Shown here piece after piece: positions 1 through 13,179 of a stretch of 64,000 nt of DNA. Each line of letters opens with the position of its first letter. Within the stretch, counting starts at the first letter, position 1. The position numbers and the translations under genes are program-made. Origin of the DNA: Bugula neritina (Eukaryota; Animalia; Bryozoa); NCBI GenBank assembly GCA_964035545.1, contig OZ037765.1, positions 13,650,698 through 13,714,697 on the forward strand, written 5' to 3'. The notes under the pieces were generated by a model. It saw only the letters and a list, made by a program, of their open reading frames with translations. It was not told the DNA's origin and did not search any database.

Positions 1-528
1 TTAAATCTATAATATTCTCATAATGTTTCTCTAACTTTTTAATCTACATTGTTACTTACAACAGCTTGAGTCACTATGACTATGTATATTTATGCATTAC
101 CTATAATGATGATGCCCAACTATTTTGATTTTGATGTAACTTATATTATCTAAAACCTTCCTGTGGTCTAATGCAGTTTATATAATTTCTATTTTTCCCA
201 TTATATTTCCAGGGTACGATTTGATAGTTAATAAACTTAATGAACCTGTTGCCAAGTTGGCTGATAGATAAAGTCAATCACAATCTAAGTCATCCAGACA
301 CTGTCACAAACCTGATACAATGCTATACATTTACAATTATTCATTTCCAAGATTATTTGGTGATTTAATTTTAATTCATTCAACTTTTCTATTACATTTT
401 ATTAAAAGAATATTAATAAACAACACTAAACATTATAAAAATACACACAATAAAAACATACAGGTGCTGCTTTTTATTTACAAGTATTCATACAATCATA
501 AATCAAATTAGTTTCTACTAGTGTTTAC

Positions 529-610
529 CTTCCCATGGTGTTCCAACAGGTCCACATATCTGAGCAGACCACTCATATATATTGTCATTGATTAAAGAAA
601 CATCTATTCC
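529..610 (-). CDS. Ubiquitin-conjugating enzyme E2 (UBE2U-like), coding exon 2; gene continues off the left edge
   Basis: ttgtag acceptor, GIDVSLINDNIYEWSAQICGPVGTPWE(G), donor GTAAAC. This is the classic UBC motif W-x3-I-x-GP-x2-TP-W/Y-EG. Confidence 0.88.
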
Positions 611-1388
611 CTACAAGCGTTTACAAAAGTAAAAATATTGATATATATTGTAAATATTATATTTGTTGCACATAGTCCAATTTTCACTTCAGGCAAATGT
701 TTCAAGATTAAGTCAACAAATCTACATTAGCCTAGAAGGCCTTGAGGGCATATCAAAAATAGAAATGATAATACAACAAATAAAATATCCGCTATCCCAA
801 CCTGACTACAAAGCTTCAAAAAAATAAAATTTAAAAAATCAAAATATTCAAGAACTAGAGTGTTCTTGTAGGCAAATTCAGAGAAAATTAAATACCAGTT
901 TCAGAGTTAGAGAATTGGATGACTAATTTTAGGCAATGTGTAGGTATTCGTATTCTTAAAAACCATAATATTTATAATGCAGCCATAGCTTTGCAATCAT
1001 TGTTATTTTAGTTTTATTAAAAACTTGCCAATTACACCTGACAAAAGCAAGGGTAACATGTATACAAAAAATTTCGCAGTAACTTTGTAATTAAATCTCA
1101 AAGTCCTAAACTTTACTTAGTTGCAAATATGTGGTAAAATTACAACAAGCTAAGTAAAAAAAATAGCAAAATCAAGTCTGTTAATGAATCAAACAAAAGC
1201 TACAACTTGAGTTTACTACGGTCAATGTTATTTTACTTAAAGCTTGTCGTTCTCATTCTGATTTTCATAGTCAAAGTGGTAATGCTATTTAAAAAAATTA
1301 ATTGTTTAAACACAGTAGGTATTTCAATAACTTGATTCATTGTGAAATAGACAAATAGTTTAGAATTTAGATAAATAAAATGTCTTAC

Positions 1389-1472
1389 CCACAGTGATGG
1401 GTTTCCCGTAGAACTAGAAGTAGATAGGGATTTTAGTTCTTTCTGAATTAACAGATGCGAACGAGATAGCAT
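1389..1472 (-). CDS. Ubiquitin-conjugating enzyme E2 (UBE2U-like), coding exon 1
   Basis: ATG at 1472; MLSRSHLLIQKELKSLSTSSSTGNPSLW followed by donor GTAAGA (phase 0). Resembles the E2 helix 1 and joins in frame to exon 529-610. Confidence 0.8.
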
Positions 1473-1779
1473 AATTAGTAATTACTTTTAATTAATCGTT
1501 TAAACAACTATTTTTATTCTGAAACACGCTATAAAATTATAATAACTATATTGCATTGGTTTTGCTTTAAATATGTTTAATTTACTCTGTAATACTATCA
1601 ATTACAATCATAAAAAAGCACTACGGTTATCATTATGATTATATTCGTGTAACGTGCTATATGCAGTAAGCTTCGTTGCGGATATTATTGGCCGAAAAGT
1701 CATAGCTTGCTATTATTGGTCAAAGCATTATTATTTGGCGGAAAGTGAGAAAGCAGCCATTTCGATTTGTAACCAAATA

Positions 1780-1835
1780 GCTTGCGCACAGTCAAACACT
1801 ATTTGTAGGTATCCAATAGCGCCGGAAGTTGCGTT
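1780..1835. promoter_or_regulatory. Probable core promoter upstream of the E2 gene
   Basis: CCAAT at 1813 next to the ETS/GABP-type motif CCGGAAGT at 1822, in a locally CpG-richer patch ~350 bp upstream of the E2 ATG. Confidence 0.4.
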
Positions 1836-3193
1836 TTCTCTGCGCCTTTCTGATGATAATGCTTGGCTAGCTAGCCAGAGTGATTTCGCTTATTAGGTTT
1901 ACCCTTATTAGTTATTACATATAAGATTTGAGAGTCATCCCATGCATCTATAACTTTTGAAGTATAGAACACCAGATGGTCTCCTATACCTACTGATGAC
2001 ACTCCCAGTATAATATTACAGACCCGCTGCATATTTCATGACTAGCCTACTTAGCAGCTATAGCATGGAGTTGAAATGCTATTGGCACTTCACCCAATTG
2101 TGACAACTGGCTAGTTTGCAATAATTATAATTTTACTTTTTGTCCAAGTTTGCTGGGGTGTACTAAATAAATTGAAGTAACCCTTATACAATTGCTGAAT
2201 AATTTGTTTAGCCCATGAGCTGAACTGTAGAAAAAAAAGCATCTGCAATTGTTATCTTGCATAAACAGGCATTGGCGCATCCAGTGATTTATAAACATTA
2301 GAACATATTTTTAGTAAGCATATTACCTAGTATTTTGGTGGATTTGAATATTAATTGTGGGAAATATATTGAAAATGTTTTACGGCCCTTTGCTACAATA
2401 AGTACACATATGTATCATACTATAGACCTATATGTATTTTATGTATTTGTAAAAATTGTGCAGCATAAAGCCAAGACTGATAGCTCTAGCATTGTTTAAA
2501 TGAAAAGTGGGTTGGAAAATGCATCATTTGAGGGACAGATTTATGAACTATTCTTTCAACTTCAACTGAACAACATAGTTCTAGCCACAATAGTCATAGC
2601 AATTTTATTTTAATCAACACATTAAGGCCAATTGTTTCTTCAGAGCATCTACTACAAACATAAGTATTATACACCATATTTACATACAATAATATATGGT
2701 ATCACTTGCTCTTAGGTTGGGCATATCAATTATGCAACTATATGCCTCCCAACACTTGAAGGAATATACTTCTAAGAATACTTTATGTTGACTTGGCAAT
2801 TAAATGGTAGATGCCATAGACATGGTCAATGCAAGTCTCTTTTATTGAGCTACATTACCAAGTGTTGATAAAAGCAAAGTATTTAAAAACGTACATTTTG
2901 TAGTTGATACCAGCAGCATGCGAGGCTAGAAACAATAACACTTGTATTTCAACGCATCAGCATTCATGAGAACACAACTCCAAAACATAAGCAAACTTCC
3001 ACCAACTATGTATTGTAATTGATAGTGTATGAAGTACTATTTTAGCAATCTTGTGAAATCTATATCATGTTGAATAGTTACTTACACAACTTATATAAGA
3101 ATTTAGAATACAAGGTCGCTACATCTATAAAATAATAAAAAATAAATACAAAAGAGTGTCATAAAATATCTTGTACAAAACAAAATGCCAATA

Positions 3194-3396
3194 TCAGAGT
3201 GCGACTGGTGTATCTTCGAGGCTTAGCTGAAATTTACATAGCTGCCGTAAAAATCCTCGGTTTGGCATGACCATCCGTTTTTGCAAAATTGTTTGTAGAC
3301 CTTCCAGTGCCGTCATCTTATGATAAATCATCAAGTAAGCAATAACTACAGCAGCAGATCTGCTTATTCCTTGGTGGCAATGTACATAAACACCTC
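3194..3396 (-). CDS. Atypical dual-specificity protein phosphatase (DUSP3/13/26/29-like), last coding exon
   Basis: cgcag acceptor; VYVHCHQGISRSAAVVIAYLM carries the HCx5RS P-loop and AYLM motif, then PNRGFLRQL and TGA. Confidence 0.93.
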
Positions 3397-3870
3397 CTGC
3401 GTATAAAACACATATCAAAAATTAGTCACTAAATTAGAATAGCACAGCATATGCAATAAATTAGATTAACGCAATTGCAGGTTCACATAATGCTACTTTT
3501 CCTAAAGTTTGAAAATTTGATATCTGAGAAATTATTGGTTTATTAATTTTTGCTACTGATCTAATTGCAATAATAATTAATAATATGTAGCAACCAGTAT
3601 GTTGATATGCTAACATTCCTAGACTAGATGAGTCATCATCAGATTTTGAGAAATATGTTTTTCTATTATAAAATAGGTTTTTTTAATTCTGATAATAGCA
3701 TGCATCTGCTCTAAGCTATAAGTTGGAAAAAAATTGTAACCAACTTAAAATCTGAAAAAGTATATTTTGTAGCCTTTAGAAGTTATTGTAAAATGCTTAG
3801 CAGTCCAAGTTCAAAAGAGTCCATTGTAAATAATTGATGTGCACATTTCAAAAAATAATAAAATTTACAC

Positions 3871-4091
3871 CTGTTTCTAGCTTTTCTTTTATATACTCTG
3901 CAGCATCTTTGAAATATAAGGAGATGTCAAACTTTACACTGTCATGACCAGGAATACCAAAGTAGGAAATTCCAGAATCAGCATAGTATTGCTCATTTGT
4001 ATCCACTTGGCCAAATCGTTTTCCTTGGGCACAGTTGATCACACACGTTATCTGATTTTCCTTCAATTTAGAAATGTCTTTAGCTGTCTTT
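3871..4091 (-). CDS. Atypical DUSP, coding exon 3
   Basis: ttgcag acceptor; KTAKDISKLKENQITCVINCAQG...YFGIPGHDSVKFDISLYFKDAAEYI includes the general-acid Asp loop. Phases 2/1 fit the neighbouring exons. Confidence 0.92.
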
Positions 4092-4537
4092 CTGCAACAA
4101 AGAAATTCTAGCATAATATCCACCACAAAAGGAGCTGTACAACTGTATTATAATAAGAATGCTGTCTTAAAATATTACTATATAAGTTTATCTGTAGGCA
4201 ACACTACAACATGATATTGAAAGAGTATTAGGCTCAGCTAATATTTTTAATTGTAAAATACTTGCACTGCAACAGTTTGCTCAAGCATTTTACATGACCA
4301 CAAGTTATGCTACAGATACTAGGGGCCTCATGTAATTAAAAACTTATTATTCTATACTAATCACTGAAAAATTATGTGCCTTGTTTTATTACAGAGCCTA
4401 TCTAGAAAAATTAGGCTAAAGCAAAAACTAGTTGACAATGTAATATTTTCAAGATACAAGACATACTCTTTAGACTTTAGTCATTTTTAACCACAAAGTA
4501 GAAATATATTTTAATAAAGAAATAAAGCTTTGCCTAC

Positions 4538-4634
4538 TCTCCACCAATGTATATTCTTTCAAACACTTGATCAAATTCATTTGGACTTGGTACCAATGCA
4601 CCGCTATGATGGACAGCCACAAACTGTCTTTTCC
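4538..4634 (-). CDS. Atypical DUSP, coding exon 2
   Basis: caacag acceptor; KRQFVAVHHSGALVPSPNEFDQVFERIYIGGE; donor GTAGGC. Splicing gives the typical DUSP string IYIGGEKTAKD. Confidence 0.88.
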
Positions 4635-5920
4635 CTGTTGGAAATAATAATTTTATAATGAGTAATAACTACATGGGAGAGGATATGATAAATAGTATTC
4701 GATTTATTACAAAATCTGACAATTTGAAACTATTTGCTATTGGAGAGCTACTGTAGACTCTGGTCTTTACACAGTATGCAATAATATGCAAGATATGCAT
4801 GCAATAAAATGGAGCTCTCTGAAAAGTTGTACATAAGAAATTTTAATGTGAAATTGTGCTATATACATAGTAACATTTACCGCCAAAAGAGTCTAGTAAA
4901 AATATAAGTGTCACAAATTCTACTTTATAAACTGTTATAATACATATCACTCTCTTTTGTTGTTTAGCTTACACTTATAATTAGTATGCCACACAAGTCT
5001 ATTGCAAGTATTATTGCGCAATAATTGTTTACATTCTTAATCACTTTTCATTGGCTAATGAATAGTGCCTGTTCTGCATGAGTCATGCACAGTGTGTAAT
5101 GTGACAGTATTTTCTAGACTTATCAATTTAGTATAAGAGCAGATGCTTTACTTGTAAAAACCCAGTTCAACAATAAAGTTCTTATAAACCACACAACTCA
5201 ACAAAGACCATTATATTACAACAGGACATCTTATCTCTAATTCTGGTAGAAAAAGACATCTCGATATTTTTAGACACCAGATGTTTCTAATTGAACCGTC
5301 ACACTGTGCACACCCAAACTTTGTGACAATAATATAAGTCAAAGACTGAAACTAACTGCAAGGTTTCCGCTGTTTGAATTAAAAACTTAAGACTAGTTTT
5401 TTTTTCTAAAGTGAAGTCGCATGCACTATGGTTTGAAAATTTAGATTTTTAAGCAACAGTGATGGTGTTGAAAATTATACAAGACAGTGAACTTCCAACC
5501 TTCTAATATTTGTGAACCTACCGCAGAAATCTAAAAGAGTCATGTTTTGATCTAGTAGCAGAAAACATCTATGGCTTTATAGAATTACAGAGAAACTATT
5601 CCAAAATGTGGTTTGCTAAGTACACTTCTCATGACAGAAAAATACAATTATAGCACAGTGGTACTTTCATCAAACAAAAGCAATGCTTTTTAAAGTACCT
5701 ATGCAGATAAAAGCTACTATGGATATGGCAAGGCAGACAGATAAATTGCATAACTGCTGCTTAGATAGCATCAGTAATCCTAAAATAAATAGTCGTTGGT
5801 CATTTATAATTTTTGGTGATCTAATATTATTTGTTAAGTTATACTTTCAATGCCAATTTACCAACTGATTTGTTGGTTATTAGTTCGTTGAAAGTTTGTA
5901 AGTAATAGACAAAATATAAC

Positions 5921-6017
5921 ACAAGCCTCCAGAGTCTTTAATGGCTTCAGCATAAGTATAGTCCAGAAAATTCTGCAGTTCCTCGAGTTTTTTATGCAAG
6001 GCTTCACTAGCATCCAT
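5921..6017 (-). CDS. Atypical DUSP, probable first coding exon
   Basis: MDASEALHKKLEELQNFLDYTYAEAIKDSGGL with a phase-1 donor (weak GTTATA). Exons of 97+97+221+203 nt sum to 618 nt (205 aa plus stop). An acceptor-like ttctatag lies 5 nt upstream of the ATG. Confidence 0.65.
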
Positions 6018-7019
6018 ATTTCCTATAGAATAAATGGATATATAAACTACTGCTTGGTACTATTGCTAACCAATACTTATAGACAGTTAGAGTACCCAGA
6101 AAAATTGAGCAGCGTCTAAAAATATTAGGCTACTAGAGATAGTTGTCAGCTTAGCTACCAGCAACATTGATATATTGTGAAATTGTTAGGACTGCCATAA
6201 TAGTTATATACTTCTTAATGAAACACTCACTCCTTACTAGAAATTTTACACTTTTTAATATTTAAAAAATGTTTTTAATTTTGAAAATATTCTCAAGAAC
6301 CAGAATCAATAACAATAGCTGAGAAGGCAAACAGAGTGAAACAAACATTAACTTTAGGTTAAAGTTTACAGAACCTCTGACATACTTTATCTATGCAGTA
6401 ATGAAAAGTAAACACAAGCATGCACTTTGAACTTTCAAACAGAGTCAGTGTATAAAGGTGTGTTGCAAAAATAGACACAGCTGTGGCCTGCATTATCATA
6501 AACATGAAAGACTATATACAGCTAGAAAAACCAACTTTGACTAACACTAATGTGACAAAAGCAAATGTCTGGGGTAAACTAGACTCTTCATATGATACAT
6601 CAACAGAGAGTTTGTTGAACGTAAATTTTGTGTCGATGACAATAAATAGCATAGTTTACTTTCCAGGACCACAAGCCAAGAAAGAAAACAACATGAAGTT
6701 GCTGAAGAATTACACCAAACTGTCGTTTGTGATAAAAAATCAACTCATTAGTAGATGAATTTACTGACATTTTGCTTCCTTAGCATGTAAATGACTTATC
6801 TACTGAGTGGGGTCGCTGGTGTAAGACTTTCAGTGATAAATTACTAGCTATTAATCTGGTAGCTAAAACTGAAACTGCAGGGAGACGCAAAATAGCTTTG
6901 TTTTGACACATAAGGGGTGAAAATGTTTGTTAGCTGTATGGTCAGCTAGAGTTCTTCAACGAAGATGGTACTACAGAAATAAATGAGGGCACAGATTCTG
7001 CTTGCGTATCAAAGACCAT

Positions 7020-8370
7020 AAAACAATGGCACATAGACTTTGGCCACATGAACTACACTGACATATGCCAGCTAGCACAACAGGTATGCAAATCCTGCAA
7101 TCCAGCAAACTCTGCACAAGCTCCACATGTCAGACCAATAAATTGGGACAGCAAACTAAATCTCAAGATGAATCCCAACTACATGCTACAAAACCATTAC
7201 AACGTGCACACACGGATTTACCAGGTCCTATCTCTCCTATTTCACGTAAGGTCACAAATTCATCATAAATTTCATTGACGAATACTCAAGCATGATCTTT
7301 CAATATCTATTACGTTTTAAAGATGAAGCTTTTTCAGCCTTACAAAAGTTTTTAGCTGACGTAGTGAACATAAGCAAAGTCCATGAACCCCACAGCGATA
7401 GCGGTAGAGAAGACACCATTCAAGTTTTTCGGAACATAATCCTTCAACACGGTATAAAACACACTAGCATTGTCTCTCACTCCCCTTACCAAAATAAAAA
7501 AGCAGAGCGACCTTAGCACAGCACTTTGGAAATGGCTCGCTGCCTTATTTCAGACGCCCATTTGCTTAAAAATCTTTGGCCACATGATATTAACTGCTCT
7601 CAATACTTTTGCAATAGAAGTTATCAACAGCGAACCAAATAAACAGCCTATGACATTTTTACTCAACTCAAACCTGACATGCGAAAATTTTTAATTTTGG
7701 CTCTTAACGTCATTATCTCGACGAATCACCTCATTCTAAACTTTCCTTATGGCATAAACAAAAAAACCCACAGTTACTTCATTCTAAATGAAAATAGAAA
7801 TAAAGTTGTAACTACAAGAAACGCTATTTCAAGTCCTCGCTACTCTTCATAATTTCATGAACTAGAGGAAGACGGCAATCATCGACCAACCCTTCCTTCT
7901 AAACCTAATAATTCATCTGATGAAATAAACGAACCTACATCTAATCGTTCAGAACATTTCACTGAACAAGAACATCCCAATCATGAAAACCAATCTCCAG
8001 TCTCTGACTCACCTGAATCAGAATCAATTGCCCAATCTAAACCTCCCCGTAAACACCGCATGCCCACGAAATTTGATGATTATCTCTTCACAACATCCAT
8101 TGACTACCCATATGCAGGCATTCCCGATTTACCCAGTCCTATGAGGAGGCTGTCAACACAGTAACTCTGAAAACTTGAAAGCAGCCAAGCAAAAAGAATG
8201 ACCCGCTAGTCAAAAAAAACAAACCTGGACCGTCACTCCTTTTTCTCCTAACTGCTCAGACATGAAAGGACGCTGGATCTTTATGCTTAAACAAGGATCC
8301 AATGCCAACAAAGTCCAATACAAAACAAGACATGAGCCTGCGGTTACTCTCAGAAACCCTATATCGACTA
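7020..8370 (+). mobile_element. Ty1/Copia LTR retrotransposon relic (pre-integrase, integrase, start of RT)
   Basis: WHIDFGHMN, PLQRAHTDLPGPI, HSDSGRE, SPYQNKKAER, EMARCLI, KGRWIF; broken by stops and frameshifts. Confidence 0.85.
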
Positions 8371-8371
8371 C

Positions 8372-8742
8372 ACATTAAACAATTAAAGAAAATTGAAACT
8401 TGGTGCAATAAAAATAAATTAACTGTAAACATGAGTAAAACAAACTATATGATAATCAAAACAGCGCAAAATAAACAAGATTTAAATGGCTTTGCCTTAG
8501 AAATGTTCAACAAAAAATTAGTCGAGGTAAAATCAACTACCTTCTTAGGTATTATAATAGATTCACATCTTTCTTGGCAACAACATTGCAGTAAACTTTG
8601 TCAAAACCTAAGGCCCTTAGTAGGCTTGATAAGTAAATGTTCCCATCACCTACCTAGAAAAATTCTAATACAAATATAGAACTCTTTTGTAAATTCTAAA
8701 TTAACATATTCTCTAGAATCGTGGGGTAATACAGCAAACATT
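8372..8742 (+). mobile_element. Non-LTR (CR1/L2-group) RT C-terminal fragment
   Basis: WCNKNKLTVNMSKTNYMII, FLGIIIDSHLSWQQH, LTYSLESWG. Confidence 0.8.
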
Positions 8743-8744
8743 TG

Positions 8745-11700
8745 AAGACCTCACTGAAAGAACCATCAAAGTCACATTTTTGTCAAATTGCAGTTATCTG
8801 CACCATGCGATAGCTTGGGCATCAAAGTTTGTCATAGTAGTGCCAAACTAGCATAAAATGATCAAAGTCACATGAAAACAAGGGTTAAAATATTGCCTCA
8901 CTGTGAAAGAATGATCAGAGTCAGTCTAAACTATAATACAATGATCAGGGTCCAATGCTAACAATGATAAAGTGATCAGAGTCCAGTCATGTGATCAATA
9001 TTAGCCAATGAGATCACTTGACCTTCGTTTGTCCTATTTTGTAATGTTTTTATTTCTAATAAGCCTAGTTCAGTAGTGGTTGTTGTGTGAAGTTTTCCAA
9101 GTTAGCCAGCAAAATTCTACCATGGAAGAACACCCTGAGCAAACTGATAAGCCTAAGAAGAGACAGAAACATCTCACTAAGGCAGAAGAGGCTAAAAAAC
9201 GTAGAATAATGAGGCATAAAACTGGAGCTGATTGCCAATGTTCCAGGTTTAAATGTTTTGATAACGTGATTTCAACTGAGAGAGATATGTTGATTTCACA
9301 GTTTAATGAAGACTATAAGTCTAAAGATGAGCAGGATGCTTACTTAGCAGGTGAGTTTTTAGCCTAACATGTACTCACAATGTATGTAACCACAGCATAT
9401 TTATCTGCTTTTTGTTACCGAGTGTAACTGAAGCTTTTTCTAATTAATTACTCGTATAGTCTGTTGTATTTGTCTGATGATAACATCCTAACAAACTTGA
9501 GACTACAGAGCACATAATTTCAAAATAATTATAAGCAATACATTTTTTCTTTTTTATATATTCTGTTGGCAATGCATTAGTGAAACCATTACCATTGGGT
9601 ATTTTATGTAAATCAACATTAAATTTAATGAGAGCTTTCATTTTGGTTAATTGAAATTAATGTAGCACTGACAAGGTTATTAATGCTTTTCTACTGGTAA
9701 GTTTCAGTGGTAATACAAGTAGTAATAGAGTAGAGTTTGTTCATTTGAGTTGTGTAAAAAAGATTTCTTGGTGCAACATGCTGGGAGATTTTGCTGTTTG
9801 ACCTTGTTTAGATAATCAAATCGAAAATAGAGAAATCAGTTTCTTGAATCCCTGTATTCAAGCGCCTACTAAAAATGTAAGTTAGTTCTGAAAAATACTA
9901 GTTCAATACGCTAACTTTTACTGGCTGCAGGATTGAATTCAGTGCAAGATGTAGCTAGACGGCGGTTCAGAAAAGATGATGTGGATGAAAAAACCCCCCA
10001 CAACTACTCATACATTTACAGTGTGCGTGTTATGAGAGAGGGCACATTAAACACTATACGCGTATGCTTCGGGCATTTCAGTCTCTCTTGGATATCAACA
10101 ACCGTCGACTGCAGACCATAAAGCATTCTCTTGCGACCACCGGTAGGTTGTGAATGATCAATTATAAGACTAAGGAAGCAAGGTTTGTCTAATAATATAA
10201 ATTACATTACATAAATGAGTGAAAGTCAGCAAGACTGAGGTTAATAAATTTGGTACAAATAGGTTTCAACTAATAGTAATGATTACTGGTGCATTTGGTG
10301 AGGCACTCTGTTTTTACATTGATGTCGTAGTAACAGCCGCTGCTAGGAAGTGATCATTGCTTAATTTCATGAAGTGACAGAACTCTTTATTGAATCTATG
10401 TTGTAGGCAAAGCACCAACTGACGAACGTGGTCATCACTCCAACTACTCACATAAACTGCCAGCAGAAACTGAAGCGTTAGTCTGTCAGCACATTGAATC
10501 ATTGAAAGGACAAAAGGCTCACTACAATGTGCATAAGAGTAAGCGGCTGTATCTACCGAAACATTAAATCAGGCAAAATTGTTCGAGTTGTTAAGAGAGC
10601 AGCATTCTGATGCAAAGTGTTCGAAAGAGACCTACCGTAAAATACTAACTACGATGTACAACATAGCATTTGGGTATCTACGATCTGAAACCTGTTAAGC
10701 ATGCAACGAGTTTTTAGCTTCCAAGCGCACTTTAGATGCCAAGCTAAAAGACGACCCCCTCAATTCGCAACTTCTTGAAGAGTGTCGAAGCCTGGAGACT
10801 AAGAAAGCTGTTTATCTGAGTAAGGCTGAAGTATTTTATGAGCGAAAGAGACAGGCAAAGCTGAAAGCTAGGCAAGATGGACGTATGTGGCAATCTGCAT
10901 GGATTACCAGAAAAATTTGCCGTGTCCAAACATAACAAATGACGTGTATTACATGCGACAACTTACATGCATTTCGTTTGACATTCATAATCTTGCACCT
11001 AACAACGCTACATTTTGTGTATATGATGAAACTGGCTAAAAAGGGTGCAGATGATGTGTGCTCTATATTGTCACATTTTGTAAAAACGTTATTCCCGTTA
11101 GTTGCAATGCTACATATCTTTTGTGACTCCTGCGCAGGGCAGAATAAGAACTGGACAGTCATCCGCTTCTGTCATTACTTGGTAAATGTGGTCAAGCAGT
11201 TTCGTGAGCTACAACTCACATTCCCTATTCGTGGCCATTCATACATGGAGTGACAAGAATTTTGGGGCTGTCAATCAAAAACATCCAGCTGAGGTATCCA
11301 AAGAATGGTGGTCTGAATTTCGAGCATGCAGAAAATCTCCCGGCCTTATTCTGTAGTTGAAATGGAGCAGGATATGTTATACAATATATCTGACTGTTCC
11401 CAACCCGATCAGCACGAGAGACAGTACTTCGGCAGGCACTCTCAAAATCGGTAATGCACCTTGATTCGTGGAATGGGCAATGGAAAGTTAGTCAAGTAAC
11501 AAAAAAGAAAGGGCAGTGTGCCTCCCTAAAAAGAAGCCGCTATATTTAGAACGTCTACCAATCTTACAAGATAAATATGACATTCAGCACTTGAGGAAGT
11601 TTTGTGGACCGGAGGCTAAAGTGTTATTCGATGAGTTGAAATCTGACAGTCAGCTGCACGATGAGCTCCAAGAGGAGATTAATCCTAAATAATGACTTGG

Positions 11701-11750
11701 TATTCAGGAATTTGAATGTTTTCATATTAAATATGACATTGAATGAACTT
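8745..11750 (+). mobile_element. Sola1-like DNA transposon with a spliced, decayed transposase (exons ~9122-9350, 9931-10142, 10407-11690)
   Basis: CQCSRFKCF...EQDAYLAG, DERGHH, YNIAFGYLRSETC, KKGADDVCSIL, FCDSCAGQNKNW, FPIRGHSYME; GT-AG introns; internal stops. Confidence 0.75.
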
Positions 11751-12179
11751 CATAGATTTTTGTTTTATAAACTAACTATTTGTACTATCCCACAAGATTT
11801 TCAGAATTCAGTTACAATTATATTGTATAGTTTTTGAGAGATAAAAGTAAAGATATTTGCAACTGAGTTGAATTGCACGATGTCTATTAGAGCATGGAGA
11901 ATAGCAATCAAAAACAGATGCCCACTACTGGAACTAAAAGCCGAAGTTGACCTAATGGTTGTCAGCCCCATGATATGCAAGTACAATAATGGTGAAGAAG
12001 ACCATCTGGAAGCGACTAGGAATGATTAGGTTATGAAGAATATAACTCAGATTACTGTAAAACTAAGCCTGCAAAGTCATTATTACTGAGTGAAAACGCC
12101 TTGGGCTAGAATGATCAAGTTATAATCTTGATATCAACAAAGAGACTGACCAGATACAATGACTTGAAACCATGATACA

Positions 12180-12560
12180 ACTACTATCACAAAAATCATA
12201 GAAGTTGAGCTCTACACTCTCTGCAATACTGATATCCAATGTAAAAATAACTTAATAAAGAACCATCCCATTGAACTATATGTAGCATTACGTGTGTCAA
12301 TGAGGGATTCCAAGGCAATTCAACTAATGCATGACTGCGACGACATGTAGCTATGATGAAGTGCTGCCCTTTAAGAAATCTGCTTCTATAGCAGCAACTA
12401 ATGATCCTGACAAAGGGGGAATTTCTAAGGTACAGAATAGTTTGGTACAATTGGTCATCAATAACTTTGATGACAAAAATTTATTCACTGATTGAAAACT
12501 TTCTGCTTTCTCCTAGGCAAAAATAATCATTCAGCTACATTGAAATATCAAGTGTCAATG
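12180..12560 (+). mobile_element. Academ-like DNA transposase relic
   Basis: Degenerate reading ELYVALRV...TCSYDEVLPFKKSASIAA...VQLVINNFD matches the YDE...DNxD pattern of this transposase type. Family assignment is tentative. Confidence 0.45.
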
Positions 12561-13179
12561 TTGGCTAGCTACAGCGAATATCTTAAGACTAGATGTTCGA
12601 GCCATTGCATGAAAAGCATAAAAAGTTTGATTCAAATAACAATTGGAACTTTTAGATTACAGTAACTAACATATATAAGATTAAGCATGCCTGGGCTACC
12701 TCTGCCTAGATGAATGGTGAAAAGGCTATTTCAAATGGCTATTAAGAACTACTAGGTATCATAATATACTTGAGTAGGCAGTCAATGCCTTTTCAATAGA
12801 GCTTGTAAAATAGGCTTAGAGCAGTGCAAAAACAAGTGGAAGTGTCTACAAAAAAACTGCCATACATAGAGCATATTTAACCATTGAAGGAGTCAAACCT
12901 AACCTAGCCAAAGAAAAAATCTTTCGTTCACTTTTGTATTTGAGACTCTAATTGAACATTCCAAAACAAGTAATATGCATGAATTTAAAATACTAGCTCT
13001 CAATTTGTTCCGCTGACATTTGCCCCAGAAAGCTGGTCTCTTGCTAAAACTGCAAAAAAATTCATTTTTTAGAAATAGATTGTCAAACAAGCAAACAAAC
13101 TAAATTAAGAAAAGGGCTTACTAGAAGAAAAAATAAGCTAAAGTAGGTAGGCCACATCTTAATGGGAAAAATGGTTTAA

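Noticed and set aside
3605-3645. Hammerhead-like CTGATGA-T-GACT-catct-AGTC on the minus strand in a DUSP intron
   Set aside because: The required GAAA after stem II is absent (TAGGAA) and there is no convincing stem I; at most a dead remnant.
8755-9025. CRISPR-like repeat-spacer array
   Set aside because: Repeats are ~11 bp, degenerate and irregularly spaced; the context is eukaryotic and there are no cas genes.
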